A stretch of 64,000 nt of DNA, from the NCBI RefSeq assembly GCF_006345805.1, contig NC_042998.1, positions 81,096,001 through 81,160,000 of the forward strand, read 5' to 3'. The stretch is from Octopus sinensis (Eukaryota). Below the pieces are notes generated by a model, which saw only the letters and a list, made by a program, of their open reading frames with translations, searched no databases and was not told the origin of the DNA. How positions within the stretch are numbered: the stretch's first letter is position 1; every line of letters begins with the position of its first letter. The position numbers and the translations under genes are program-made. This document shows, piece after piece, positions 38,542 through 48,299 of this stretch.

Positions 38542-41500
38542 CAGTAGTTTTATTTTTATTTTTATAGCGTGCTTTCACTTCACTACCGAGCGCAGCTCTG
38601 TGTGCCTTGGGTATGTGCTGTGATTTGTTGTGATGCCCTGATGGTTATTGTATGGAAAGTGTTCTGCGTAGGATGTGTGCAGTGCCTAGTAGTGCAATTT
38701 TCTGTATGTTATATGTGTTTGTAAGTCCTGGTGTTTTTGTTATGTATTTGTCTGAATATTTTTTTATCATGCCTAATGCACCTACTATGATAGGAATTGT
38801 TTCTGTTTTCAGATTCCACATTCTAGTTACCTCTATTTCCAGGTCTTTGTATTTTGAGAGTTTCTCCATTTCTTTTAGAGACACGTTGTCATCTGCCGGT
38901 ACTGATACATCAATTAGAAAGCATTTTTTTTCTTCATGGTCTCTGACAACTATATCTGGTCTGTTGGCCTTAATTTCTCTATCTGTGTGTATCGGCATAT
39001 CCCAGAGTATGGTTGCTTTCTCGTTTTCTGTGACCTTTTCTGGTGTGTGCCTATACCATCTTTTTTCTGTTGTTATTCCATAATGTTGGCATAGCTTCCA
39101 ATGTATGTAAGTTCCAACTCTGTCATGTCTGTGAATATATTCCTTCTTAGCCAGGACTGGGCAGCTAGAGATAATATGATTTATTGTTTCTTGTCCATCT
39201 CCACATATTCTGCAGTTACTTGTAATATTTCTTTTCATTACATGTTTTTGGTAATTTCTGGTGGGGAGGCTTTGGTCTTGTGCTGCAATTAAAAATCCCT
39301 CTGTTTCTGCTTTGAGTCCTGAGCTTCTCAACCATTGCTGGGATTTTTCTTTGTCTATTTCTTTTGCGTTTAGTTTAGTCCAGTATTTACCATGAAGGGG
39401 CTTTTCTTGCCATCGTTTTATCATGGTTCGTTGCTGTTCTATTTTTAGTTTGGATTTCATTTTTTTTATAGCTTTTGTTGTTTCTTCCTCTTCTTCTTCC
39501 TCTTCTTCTTCATGTTTATTAGGTGGTATGATTTCTTGTTTGTATTTGTCAGCTTCCTTAAATACTGAGAACAGTTTTTTGTTTTGCTCGTGTTTTGCCG
39601 CTATTTGGATCAGTTTTCCTTCCTTCTGAAGTAGATATTTTTGCAGTCCTATGGTGGTTATTTTATAGTAGTTTTCCAGCTGTATAAGGGCTCTACCACC
39701 TTCTATACGTTGTATATATAGTCTTTCTATGTCAGATTTTGGGTGATGCATCCTAGATCCTGTCATTATTTTTCTTGTTTTCCTGTCTATTTTGGTCAGT
39801 TCATTTCGTGTCCAGTTAAGGATATTGTAGCTGTAACTTATAACTGGGACAGCTAAAGTGTTGATACCTATTATCTTGTTTTTAGCATTGAGCTCTGTGT
39901 TTAGTATTGATCTAACTCGTCTATAATATTCTTTTTTTATTTTCTCTTTCATTTGTGTGTTTTGTGTCTTATCTAATTCATGGATTCCTAAGTATTTGTA
40001 AGTTTGGCTTTGGTCTAATTCTTTTATTTCATTTGCTTCATCTAGTGTGATGTTGTTACTCTTAACTAGTTTTCCTCTTTTCATGGTTACTTTGGCGCAT
40101 TTTTCTAATCCAAATTTCATATCTATTTCTTTGGTAAATCCATGAACTGTCTTTAATAGTGTTTCCAGCTGTTTGTCATTTGCAGCGTATAGTTTTAGGT
40201 CATCCATATATAAAAGGTGGCTGATCGTTTTGCCGTAACATTTATATCCGCATCCAGTTCTATTTAGCATATCAGATAGAGGTGACAGTGCCAAGCAGAA
40301 AAGGAGTGGAGAGAGCGTATCTCCCTGGAATATTCCTCTTCTAATGGGGATGTCTTTGGTTTTCATGAGTCCCTCTTTTGTTTGGAGGTGTAGGACTGTT
40401 TGCCATTTATTCATAGAGTGCTCTATGAATTTTATGATTGTTGGTGCTACTTTGTTAATGGCTAGTGTTTCGAGGATCCATATGTGGTGGATGCTATCAA
40501 ACGCCTTTTTGTAGTCAATCGAGGCCATACTGAGGCCTTTCTTCTTTCTGTGGCTGTCTTCAGTTATGGCTTTATTAATCATTAGTTGATCTTTACAGCC
40601 ATATGAGCCTTTGCGGCATCCTTTCTGCTCTTCTGGGAACAGTTTGTATTCGTCCAGGTGCTTGTTCAGCCTTTGTGATATCACTGCAGTAAATGCCTTG
40701 AACATAGTAGGGAGGCAGGTTATTGGTCTGTAGTTTTCTGGTTTTTCTGTTTCATTTGATTTGGGAATTAAGATGGTTTTCCCCTTCGTGAGCCATTCAG
40801 GCATTGTCTCTGGCTCTGCTAGTACGTTGTTAAAGTTTTCAGCCAGCTTTTTGTGCATTCCTGTTAGATATTTCAACCAGAAGTTGGGGATCTTGTCATG
40901 CCCAGGTGCCTTCCAGTTGCTTAGTCTTTGCAGTGCCTGGGTGACCTCTTCAGTTGTTATGGGGGTCCAAGTTTGTTCAGATGCCGAGTTTGTTATTTTG
41001 ATACTCCTTTTTTTTGGTGGTTCGTTCGCCGACCATATTTCTCCCCAGAATTCTTCCAATTCTTCTGCCGTTGGTGCTGCAGTGACTTCTATTTTATTTT
41101 TGCCCAGTTCTTGGTAGAACTTTTTGGGGTCGGAGTTGAACTTTTTGTTCTGTTCAAAGAAGCGTTGGCGTTTCTCGTACCGGCGGATTCTTTGAGCTTT
41201 GGCAAGGATATCTTGCTTCAGCTTTTCTTTTATCTCCGGCAAATCTTTTTCTGTGGTGTTATATTTGCGGAGCATTTTTGTTCTCTTTTTGTTGCTCAGT
41301 AGCGTTGCTTGTTTGCTGATTTCATTAAGAATCGACAGGTCTTTTCTAATTTTTTTAATTTTGTTTTGGATGTTATTTATCCACAGGGTTTGTTTGGGTG
41401 GTGGTACTCCTGTTTGGGCGGGTTTGGGTGAGTATCCAGCTTCTTTTGTGGCTGCAGTGGCTGCTGCGTATATCAAGTCATTTAGTTCAGTGATATCACT

Positions 41501-42001
41501 TTTTTTTGTTTCAGTGGCTAGTTCAGTGACGGCTAGGTTTATGTTGTTTATAATTGGTGTTGTTATTGCGTTTATTTTTATTCTTGGGAGGTATGTTCGG
41601 TGGTCCATTTTGAGCTCTGTGGTTTTTAGTTCTTTGATTATTTTATTTTTTATATTATCATAATCATTAGGCTCCCCTTCGTTGTTTACATCGTGTTTGT
41701 TGGGAATGTTGCGTTTGTCTTCGTGTTTTACAGTTTCAGTGTTTATATTATTGGGCATTGTTGTGTGGCTTCTATCTACATTTTCCTGGTGTATGTTTTC
41801 TTTTAGGTGTTCCATTTCTATTTCTGATATTTTTTTTGTGTTGAGAATGTATCTTTGTACGTTAGCTAATTTATTAGGGTTCATTGCTGTATCCAAGTCT
41901 AAATCTCTATTATTTTCCTTCCATATTTTATATGTATGTGTTGTTGTATTTTCATTTTTTGGGTAGAGTACTGCTGTGAAGTATGCGTGTAAGATAGAAA
42001 T

Positions 42002-42004
<3 letters not shown>
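38542..42004 (-). mobile_element. R4/Dong-clade non-LTR retrotransposon inserted in a (TAA)n microsatellite
   Basis: Single ORF with RT, CCHC knuckle and restriction-like endonuclease; ~100-bp 3' UTR ending ACTACTG(AAT)n; TAA arrays at 38450-38541 and 42003-42063. Confidence 0.92.
38645..41896 (-). CDS. Reverse transcriptase / CCHC / restriction-like endonuclease polyprotein (1083 aa in the track; frame is open a further 36 codons to 42004)
   Basis: Motifs KAPGHD, NYRPITCL, EEQKGCR, IDYKKAFDS, GIFQGDTLSPLLF, YMDD, FGLEKC, YKYLG, CRICGDGQETINHIISSC, RHD, RPDIVV..IDVS..EKLSKY. Confidence 0.95.
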   Translation of the reverse strand: MDTAMNPNKLANVQRYILNTKKISEIEMEHLKENIHQENVDRSHTTMPNNINTETVKHEDKRNIPNKHDVNNEGEPNDYDNIKNKIIKELKTTELKMDHRTYLPRIKINAITTPIINNINLAVTELATETKKSDITELNDLIYAAATAATKEAGYSPKPAQTGVPPPKQTLWINNIQNKIKKIRKDLSILNEISKQATLLSNKKRTKMLRKYNTTEKDLPEIKEKLKQDILAKAQRIRRYEKRQRFFEQNKKFNSDPKKFYQELGKNKIEVTAAPTAEELEEFWGEIWSANEPPKKRSIKITNSASEQTWTPITTEEVTQALQRLSNWKAPGHDKIPNFWLKYLTGMHKKLAENFNNVLAEPETMPEWLTKGKTILIPKSNETEKPENYRPITCLPTMFKAFTAVISQRLNKHLDEYKLFPEEQKGCRKGSYGCKDQLMINKAITEDSHRKKKGLSMASIDYKKAFDSIHHIWILETLAINKVAPTIIKFIEHSMNKWQTVLHLQTKEGLMKTKDIPIRRGIFQGDTLSPLLFCLALSPLSDMLNRTGCGYKCYGKTISHLLYMDDLKLYAANDKQLETLLKTVHGFTKEIDMKFGLEKCAKVTMKRGKLVKSNNITLDEANEIKELDQSQTYKYLGIHELDKTQNTQMKEKIKKEYYRRVRSILNTELNAKNKIIGINTLAVPVISYSYNILNWTRNELTKIDRKTRKIMTGSRMHHPKSDIERLYIQRIEGGRALIQLENYYKITTIGLQKYLLQKEGKLIQIAAKHEQNKKLFSVFKEADKYKQEIIPPNKHEEEEEEEEEETTKAIKKMKSKLKIEQQRTMIKRWQEKPLHGKYWTKLNAKEIDKEKSQQWLRSSGLKAETEGFLIAAQDQSLPTRNYQKHVMKRNITSNCRICGDGQETINHIISSCPVLAKKEYIHRHDRVGTYIHWKLCQHYGITTEKRWYRHTPEKVTENEKATILWDMPIHTDREIKANRPDIVVRDHEEKKCFLIDVSVPADDNVSLKEMEKLSKYKDLEIEVTRMWNLKTETIPIIVGALGMIKKYSDKYITKTPGLTNTYNIQKIALLGTAHILRRTLSIQ

Positions 42005-42063
<59 letters not shown>

Positions 42064-42818
42064 TACTTTTAATCTGCATGTCTGTTATCATCACTCGCCG
42101 ACAAACACCGGCATCCTAGGGTAAGTGAAGGATAAGAGATATTAAGATATGACTGAAAGCTCGGGATGGGTAAGTGGCAGGGGCAGTGGCGAAATATCTT
42201 CATGTACTACAACACAGGCATTTAAATTGATAGGGTTTTTCTAAGGATGTGGGCAGTAATTGTCAGCACAATTTTTTTGATTTCTCTGAGATATGGTTCT
42301 CCTGAGATATTATCTAGATGTTTCTGACATTTCTTTCTTATCATACCTTGGGAAGCCACAATAACAGGAACAGTTATCGCTTTAGGATGCCATATTTTTT
42401 TAATTTGAATTTCCAGGCCCTTATATTTACTTAATTTGTCAAATTCCTTTACAGATATATTTTTATCAGTGGGAACACTTACATCTATTAGTCTACAAAT
42501 ATTTTCTTCCTTGTCTTTAATGACTATGTCTGGTCGATTAGTCTGGATCGTTCTGTCGGTGTTGACTGGAAAAATCCCAGAGGATAGCGACATTTTTACC
42601 TTCAATGACTGGCTCAGGATGATGTTCATACCAGTAAGCCGGAGTGTTTATTTTGTAGTGTTTACATATTTTCCAATGTTAATACTGTCCTACCCTATCG
42701 TTTCGATTTTTGTAATCATTTGGTGTTAGCAAAAGGACATCCTGAGACGAGATGCTTTATTGTTTCTTCAAATTTATCGCAGAATCTGCATTTACGGTCA
42801 GAACCGTTATGAAGAACG
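42064..42818 (-). mobile_element. 5'-truncated R4/Dong-type element of a different family (CCHC + RLE + 3' UTR) in (TAA)n
   Basis: CRFCDKFEETIKHLVSGC..DRVGQY*HWKIC..NRPDIVIKDK..IDVSVP..KLSKY..AHILRKTLSI*; unique ~155-bp 3' UTR; TAA arrays on both sides. Confidence 0.88.
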
Positions 42819-42857
<39 letters not shown>

Positions 42858-42875
42858 ATTTTTATTATTATTATT

Positions 42876-42918
<43 letters not shown>

Positions 42919-43431
42919 CGCATGTCATCAAAGTGATACTGGGGTAAAATATACGAAGCCCAGTATACCCATTATGACTACCCGTCTGATAAGGGTGCAC
43001 CAGATACAAGCATCACAACTATATGTACGCGACATGGTGATCTCATAAACAGCGCATGACCTTGCAGGGCCCTGTTAGAATTTTCTTCACGTCGAGTAGC
43101 CTATTCGCTCAAACAAATAAGGTGTGTTTAATGATGTTGAAAAAAACACCCATGTTTCCAAAGGGGAATTACCCAAACCCCAATGAATTCTTTTCAATAC
43201 GTGGCTGTAATGTTCCCCAACTACTTGTGCTCGTGATCAGAGATGCACATATCGTCAGCCACTTAGGGTAATATACAACTTGTTAAGGTCAAGTAGCTGA
43301 CAAGTAAATCTGTGGGAGGGGGCAGAATATTTGCTGTAGCCCATCTTTTATACCAAGACAAAACAATGTACATGATAACACTTCCAATCAGTTAAGATCA
43401 GAAGCCATGAGAGCCACTGCCTGGTACTGCA
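42876..43431 (-). mobile_element. Element X copy 2 (diverged, with expanded GA tract at its 3' end)
   Basis: Colinear with copy 1; TAA on both sides. Confidence 0.8.
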
Positions 43432-43447
43432 TATTATTATTATTATT

Positions 43448-43590
43448 GAGTGAGAGAGCAGTGCATGCCATCAAAGTGACACTGGGGTAAAATATACGAA
43501 GCCCAGTATACCCATCATGACTACCCGTCTGATAAGGGTACACCAGGCACATGCATCACAACCATATGTGCGCGACATGGTGATCTCATA
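43448..43590 (-). mobile_element. Element X copy 3, 5'-truncated (143 bp)
   Basis: Two substitutions relative to the same part of copy 1; keeps the CTCTCTCACTC(AAT)n end. Confidence 0.85.
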
Positions 43591-43936
43591 ACACGATAAA
43601 CACGAAGACAAAGGCGACAACAACGAAGACGACGACGACAGCGATAACAACGATGACGGCAGCGGCGACGATGATGTCAGGATAAATGTGGGGACAGCAT
43701 GGCAACAACAAAGATCATGTGGGTGATTACGATGATGATGCTGATGATGCTGATGATGCTGATGATGGTGGTGGGGGTGGTGGTTTTGGTAGTGATGACG
43801 ATGATGACAACGACGACGACGCTGTAAACATGACCATGTAATTTACCTTGACAACATCGATGGGGATTACGGTATTTTCTTTAGTTAATCGAGTAGAGAT
43901 AAGAAAAAAAAGTGGGGGATTAGCAGGAAGGATTAG

Positions 43937-44000
<64 letters not shown>

Positions 44001-44207
44001 AAATGCGAATTAATGGCTGCGAATTAAGTGAAGGCTGCAACTGTTTGGAGGGCATTGAATAGTTACGTTTAATTAGGGCTAATTGAAAACAAATCATTAA
44101 TTTTTATCCCAACATGCCTTTGAAACTCTTAGGAAGGCAGGTAATTTGGCATATGATGTCGAATGTATATTAATGTTCTTGTGTTAATGATGCTGATGAT
44201 GATGGTC

Positions 44208-44241
<34 letters not shown>

Positions 44242-44407
44242 GGATGACGACGACGACGATGATGGTCATGATGATGATGATGATAACGAGGAGGAGCAAT
44301 GGAGGGATGGTAAGAACGACGTCTCTGGAGATGATGGTTGTCACGGCGATGAGGAGCAGGGTGATGATGATAATGATTATGATGGTGGTGATAGCGATGA
44401 TGCTAAT

Positions 44408-44636
44408 AAATAAGGTGGTAGAAACGTTAGCACACCGGGTGAAATGCTTAACGGTATTTCGCCTGCTGTTAGGTTCTGAGTTCAAATTCCGCCGATGTCG
44501 ACTTTGCCTTTCATCTTTTCGGGGTCGATTAAATAAGTTCCAGTTACGTACTGGGGTCGATGTAATCGACTTAATCCGTTTGTCTGTCCTTGTTTGTCCT
44601 CTCTGTGCTTAGCGCCTTGTGGGTAGTAAAGAAATA
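44408..44636 (+). mobile_element. SINE B monomer with 12-bp target-site duplication
   Basis: GATGATGCTAAT at 44396-44407 and 44637-44648. Confidence 0.8.
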
Positions 44637-44925
44637 GATGATGCTAATGATTTTCAAAATACATGAAAGTTAGTATCGCTTCAGTAATATACAGTATAAA
44701 TTTTAACTTTAGGTTTCCTTTGAGTTGTTGTTTTTACTGCTACCAGTGCTGCTGCTGCAGCTGCTTCTGTTGCTGCTGCTGCAGCTGCTTCTGTTGCTGC
44801 TGCTGCAGCTGCTTCTGTTGCTGCTGCTGTTGCTCTAAATGCTTTCGAGGGATCGAGATAAATGAAATAGAGAAGAAATGAAATATTTATTTCTCTTGAC
44901 GACACATCCAATCGAAACATTGTAA

Positions 44926-44933
44926 TTGATAAT

Positions 44934-45024
<91 letters not shown>

Positions 45025-45520
45025 CCCTCCTCCTCCTCCTCCTTATCATCATCATCTGCATCAACATTGTTACCACCAATTCCACCACCACACCACCACC
45101 ACCACCACCACCACCACCACCACCACCACCACCACCACCACCACCACCATCACTACCACCACTACCACCACCACCACCACCGCAAACACCAGAATCACCA
45201 CCATCGTTATCAGTATCATCATCGTCGTCATCGCAAATATTACCATCATGATCATGATCATCATCACCATCATCATCATCAACATCACCGTCACTATCAT
45301 CATTGTGGTGCTGGTGAAGGTCATCATCCTCATCATTAGCGATACTACCACCGCCATCACCATAGTTATCATCATCATCAACATCACCATCATCATCATC
45401 GTCGTCGTCATCATCATCATCATCATCATCATCATCACTGGCATTGTTACTGCCACCACCTTCATCCTCCTCATCCTCATCCACAACAACAACAACAACA
45501 ACAACAACGTTATCAATTGA
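44926..45520. repeat. Compound trinucleotide tract (CAT, CCT, CAC, CAA)
   Basis: Direct reading; it gives rise to the homopolymeric ORFs in the track. Confidence 0.9.
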
Positions 45521-46496
45521 CATATCATGAAGCGTATTCCTTACAATTCGAAATTGCTAAAATTGCCATTATCGTTCCCGCTTATATTTCTGGTAGTTTT
45601 CCACACCAGAACTTCTAAACAGACGCCAAGTCTGATAGATATTATAACAAAATACCCCATAATTTTCATAAGAAATGTTTTGAAGTAAAATACACATTAA
45701 ATCATGCAGTCCCACATACTCGTACAATAACATCGTGGTTAATGATTAAATAGGTCGTTTTCTTCGTTTTACTCAATAACAGTTGCTATTTTTAGAGATA
45801 GCGTGGCAGAGCATTGTGGAATCAAGAGGACTAGCCCAGAAAAAAAATCTATTTGATTCCACAATGCTCTTCCCCACCAACCAATCTCCCATACTATCTC
45901 TAAAAATAGCAAACATTTCTTATATACACACTACAAGACAAAAGATGAAGGATGGAAATGTTGGTAATTCCCTTAAAATTCTGTATAAATACTTAAATAT
46001 GATTCCTTCTGTATATATGCTTCTATACAACGAATGTTTTTGATGCACTTAAAATAATTATAAATATATTTTACTACCTATTTTGAACACTATATTGTAA
46101 ACTGTTCAAACAAAAAGTCTCACTTCATATTTTCTTATCATTGTCAAAGATTCTATTTTTAACACTTTCTTATCATTATCAAAGACCGTATAACAGTATT
46201 TTAATACAATTGTGATAGCCATTTTTTAACACAACACAGCTTATATAAAGATTTACATTTTACTTTCGATAATCTGTTGTGTCTGGGGAGAGTCATTTTC
46301 TTTTTGTGCCTTATAATTTAACACACTCACCAGTAAAATTTCCACTTATTTCTTATTTTTATTTACCTAAAATTTTCGTTGCGTCATTGCTACCTTTTCA
46401 ATAGTCTTTTTTAAAAAAGTGAAAGCGGTCAAGACAATAAACATCTTTAAAAGACCTCTGCATTTTCAAAGCCTGTTTCTTATATACATACATACA

Positions 46497-46542
<46 letters not shown>

Positions 46543-46543
46543 T

Positions 46544-46704
46544 GTCGAAGGAGTAGCTGTGTGGTAAGAAGCTTGCTTAACAAACAATGGTTCTGGGTTC
46601 AGTCCCACTGCATGGCACGTTGGCCAAGTGTCTTCTACTGACGCCTCAGGCCGACCAAAGCCTTGTAAGTCAATTTGGTAGACGGAAACTGATAGAAACC
46701 CGTC

Positions 46705-46775
<71 letters not shown>

Positions 46776-46989
46776 ATGTGTGCGTGTGTTTGTGTTTCTG
46801 TGTTTGCCCTTCCCCCTCCCAACATCGCTTGAGAACCGATCCTCGTGTTTACGTCCCCGTAACTTAGCGGTTCGGCAAATAAAACCGATAGAATAAGCAC
46901 TACGCCTACAAAGAATAAGTCCTGGGTCGATTTTCGACTAAAGGCAGTGCTCCAGCATGGTCGCAGTCAAATGACTGAAACAAATAAAA

Positions 46990-46992
<3 letters not shown>
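46544..46992 (+). mobile_element. SINE family A, full length with internal (TA)n(TG)n
   Basis: Head, core and tail as at 34430. A second copy follows at ~47036-47395. Confidence 0.85.
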
Positions 46993-47038
<46 letters not shown>

Positions 47039-47480
47039 TGCATGCGTGGCTGTGTGGTAAGAAGTTTGCTTCCCAAACACATAGTTCCGGGATCAGTCTC
47101 ACTGCGTGGCACCTGGGACAGGCATTTTCTACTATTAATGCCTTGTAAATGGATTTGGTAGACGGAAACTGTATATATTTATGTGTGTGTGTGTATGTTT
47201 CTCCCCACCCCATCGTTTGGAAAACGATGTAGGTATGTTGACGTCCCCGTAATATAGCGGTTGCGAACAAGTAACCGATAGAATAAGCACTAGGCTTACG
47301 AAGAATAAGTCCTGTGGCCGGCTTCTTCATCTAAACCCCTTTAAGGGATCGCTCCAGTTTGGCAGCAGTCAAATGACTGAAACGAGTAAAAGAACAAAAA
47401 CATAATTGTAACCACATGTGAATCGTAGGCAATTGTTTTCCCTCCGTCTTCCTTTTCTCTTGGACTTTCCTCTGTCTCCT

Positions 47481-47516
47481 GTTTCTGAAGAAGAGCGTTG
47501 CTCGAAACGCTAAACC
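47481..47516 (+). ncRNA. Minimal hammerhead-like motif, stem III/I region degenerate
   Basis: GTTT-CTGAAGA-A-GAGC(GTT)GCTC-GAAAC-GCTAAACC. Core and stem II intact; cleavage-site region imperfect. Confidence 0.45.
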
Positions 47517-47630
47517 ATTTTTCGTTCCTTCCCAGAGCGTCTGCTAAATACTTTACATGTACCATGTCCTCGCGCTGCTGTCCTTTCGTGTTTGTTCTTC
47601 CTTTTTTTCTATTTATTCTTTCTCTCTCCG

Positions 47631-47661
<31 letters not shown>

Positions 47662-48253
47662 ATTCCCCTGTCAACGATTTTACTAAAGCACCTGTTTATT
47701 ATTTTCATTTCACATTACACTAATACTTCTTATATCAACTGTAATATGAATTGAAAAGGCTCCTCTCATCGGGTAGGAGGAAATGCCTTGAGTATTTTTG
47801 AGGATGTGTCAAGAAAGAAAGTTGAAACGGAACGACAGACATAGAAGTTGTTCGATGGACTTTGTAACTGGCACTGAGAGATCAACGCTGTAAAGCGTTA
47901 AAATAGTGTTTCAGATGTGTGTGAAACACGAGGGCATGGAAGTCCATAGTTGTTAACACCTGTGGAGATGGCATATTAAGATGAATAATAATATTCAGTA
48001 AGTTCTTTGATGTAGTTTTTGTAACATTTTAAAAATTTACTTTTAAGGCACATGGTTATAATTTGATACTGCTACATCGGCAATTAGTGCTCCATTGTGA
48101 CTTTCGTCAAAATACTCTGAAGTCGTGTAATGAATTACCATTATATATATGCACATACACGCACTCTATCTCTCTCTCTCTCTCTCTCACTCACAAATAC
48201 ATATATATGTGTGTGTGTATATACATATATTTATTTACATATATATACACATA

Positions 48254-48299
<46 letters not shown>

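Noticed and set aside
37308-43590. CRISPR-like repeat-spacer array (TAA tracts separating unique segments)
   Set aside because: Eukaryotic context, variable-length simple repeats, and inserts are retroelement pieces of 140-3,460 bp.
44681-45523. 280-aa D/G/M-rich ORF and overlapping poly-S/H ORFs
   Set aside because: Entirely explained by trinucleotide microsatellites; no domain, no splice context.
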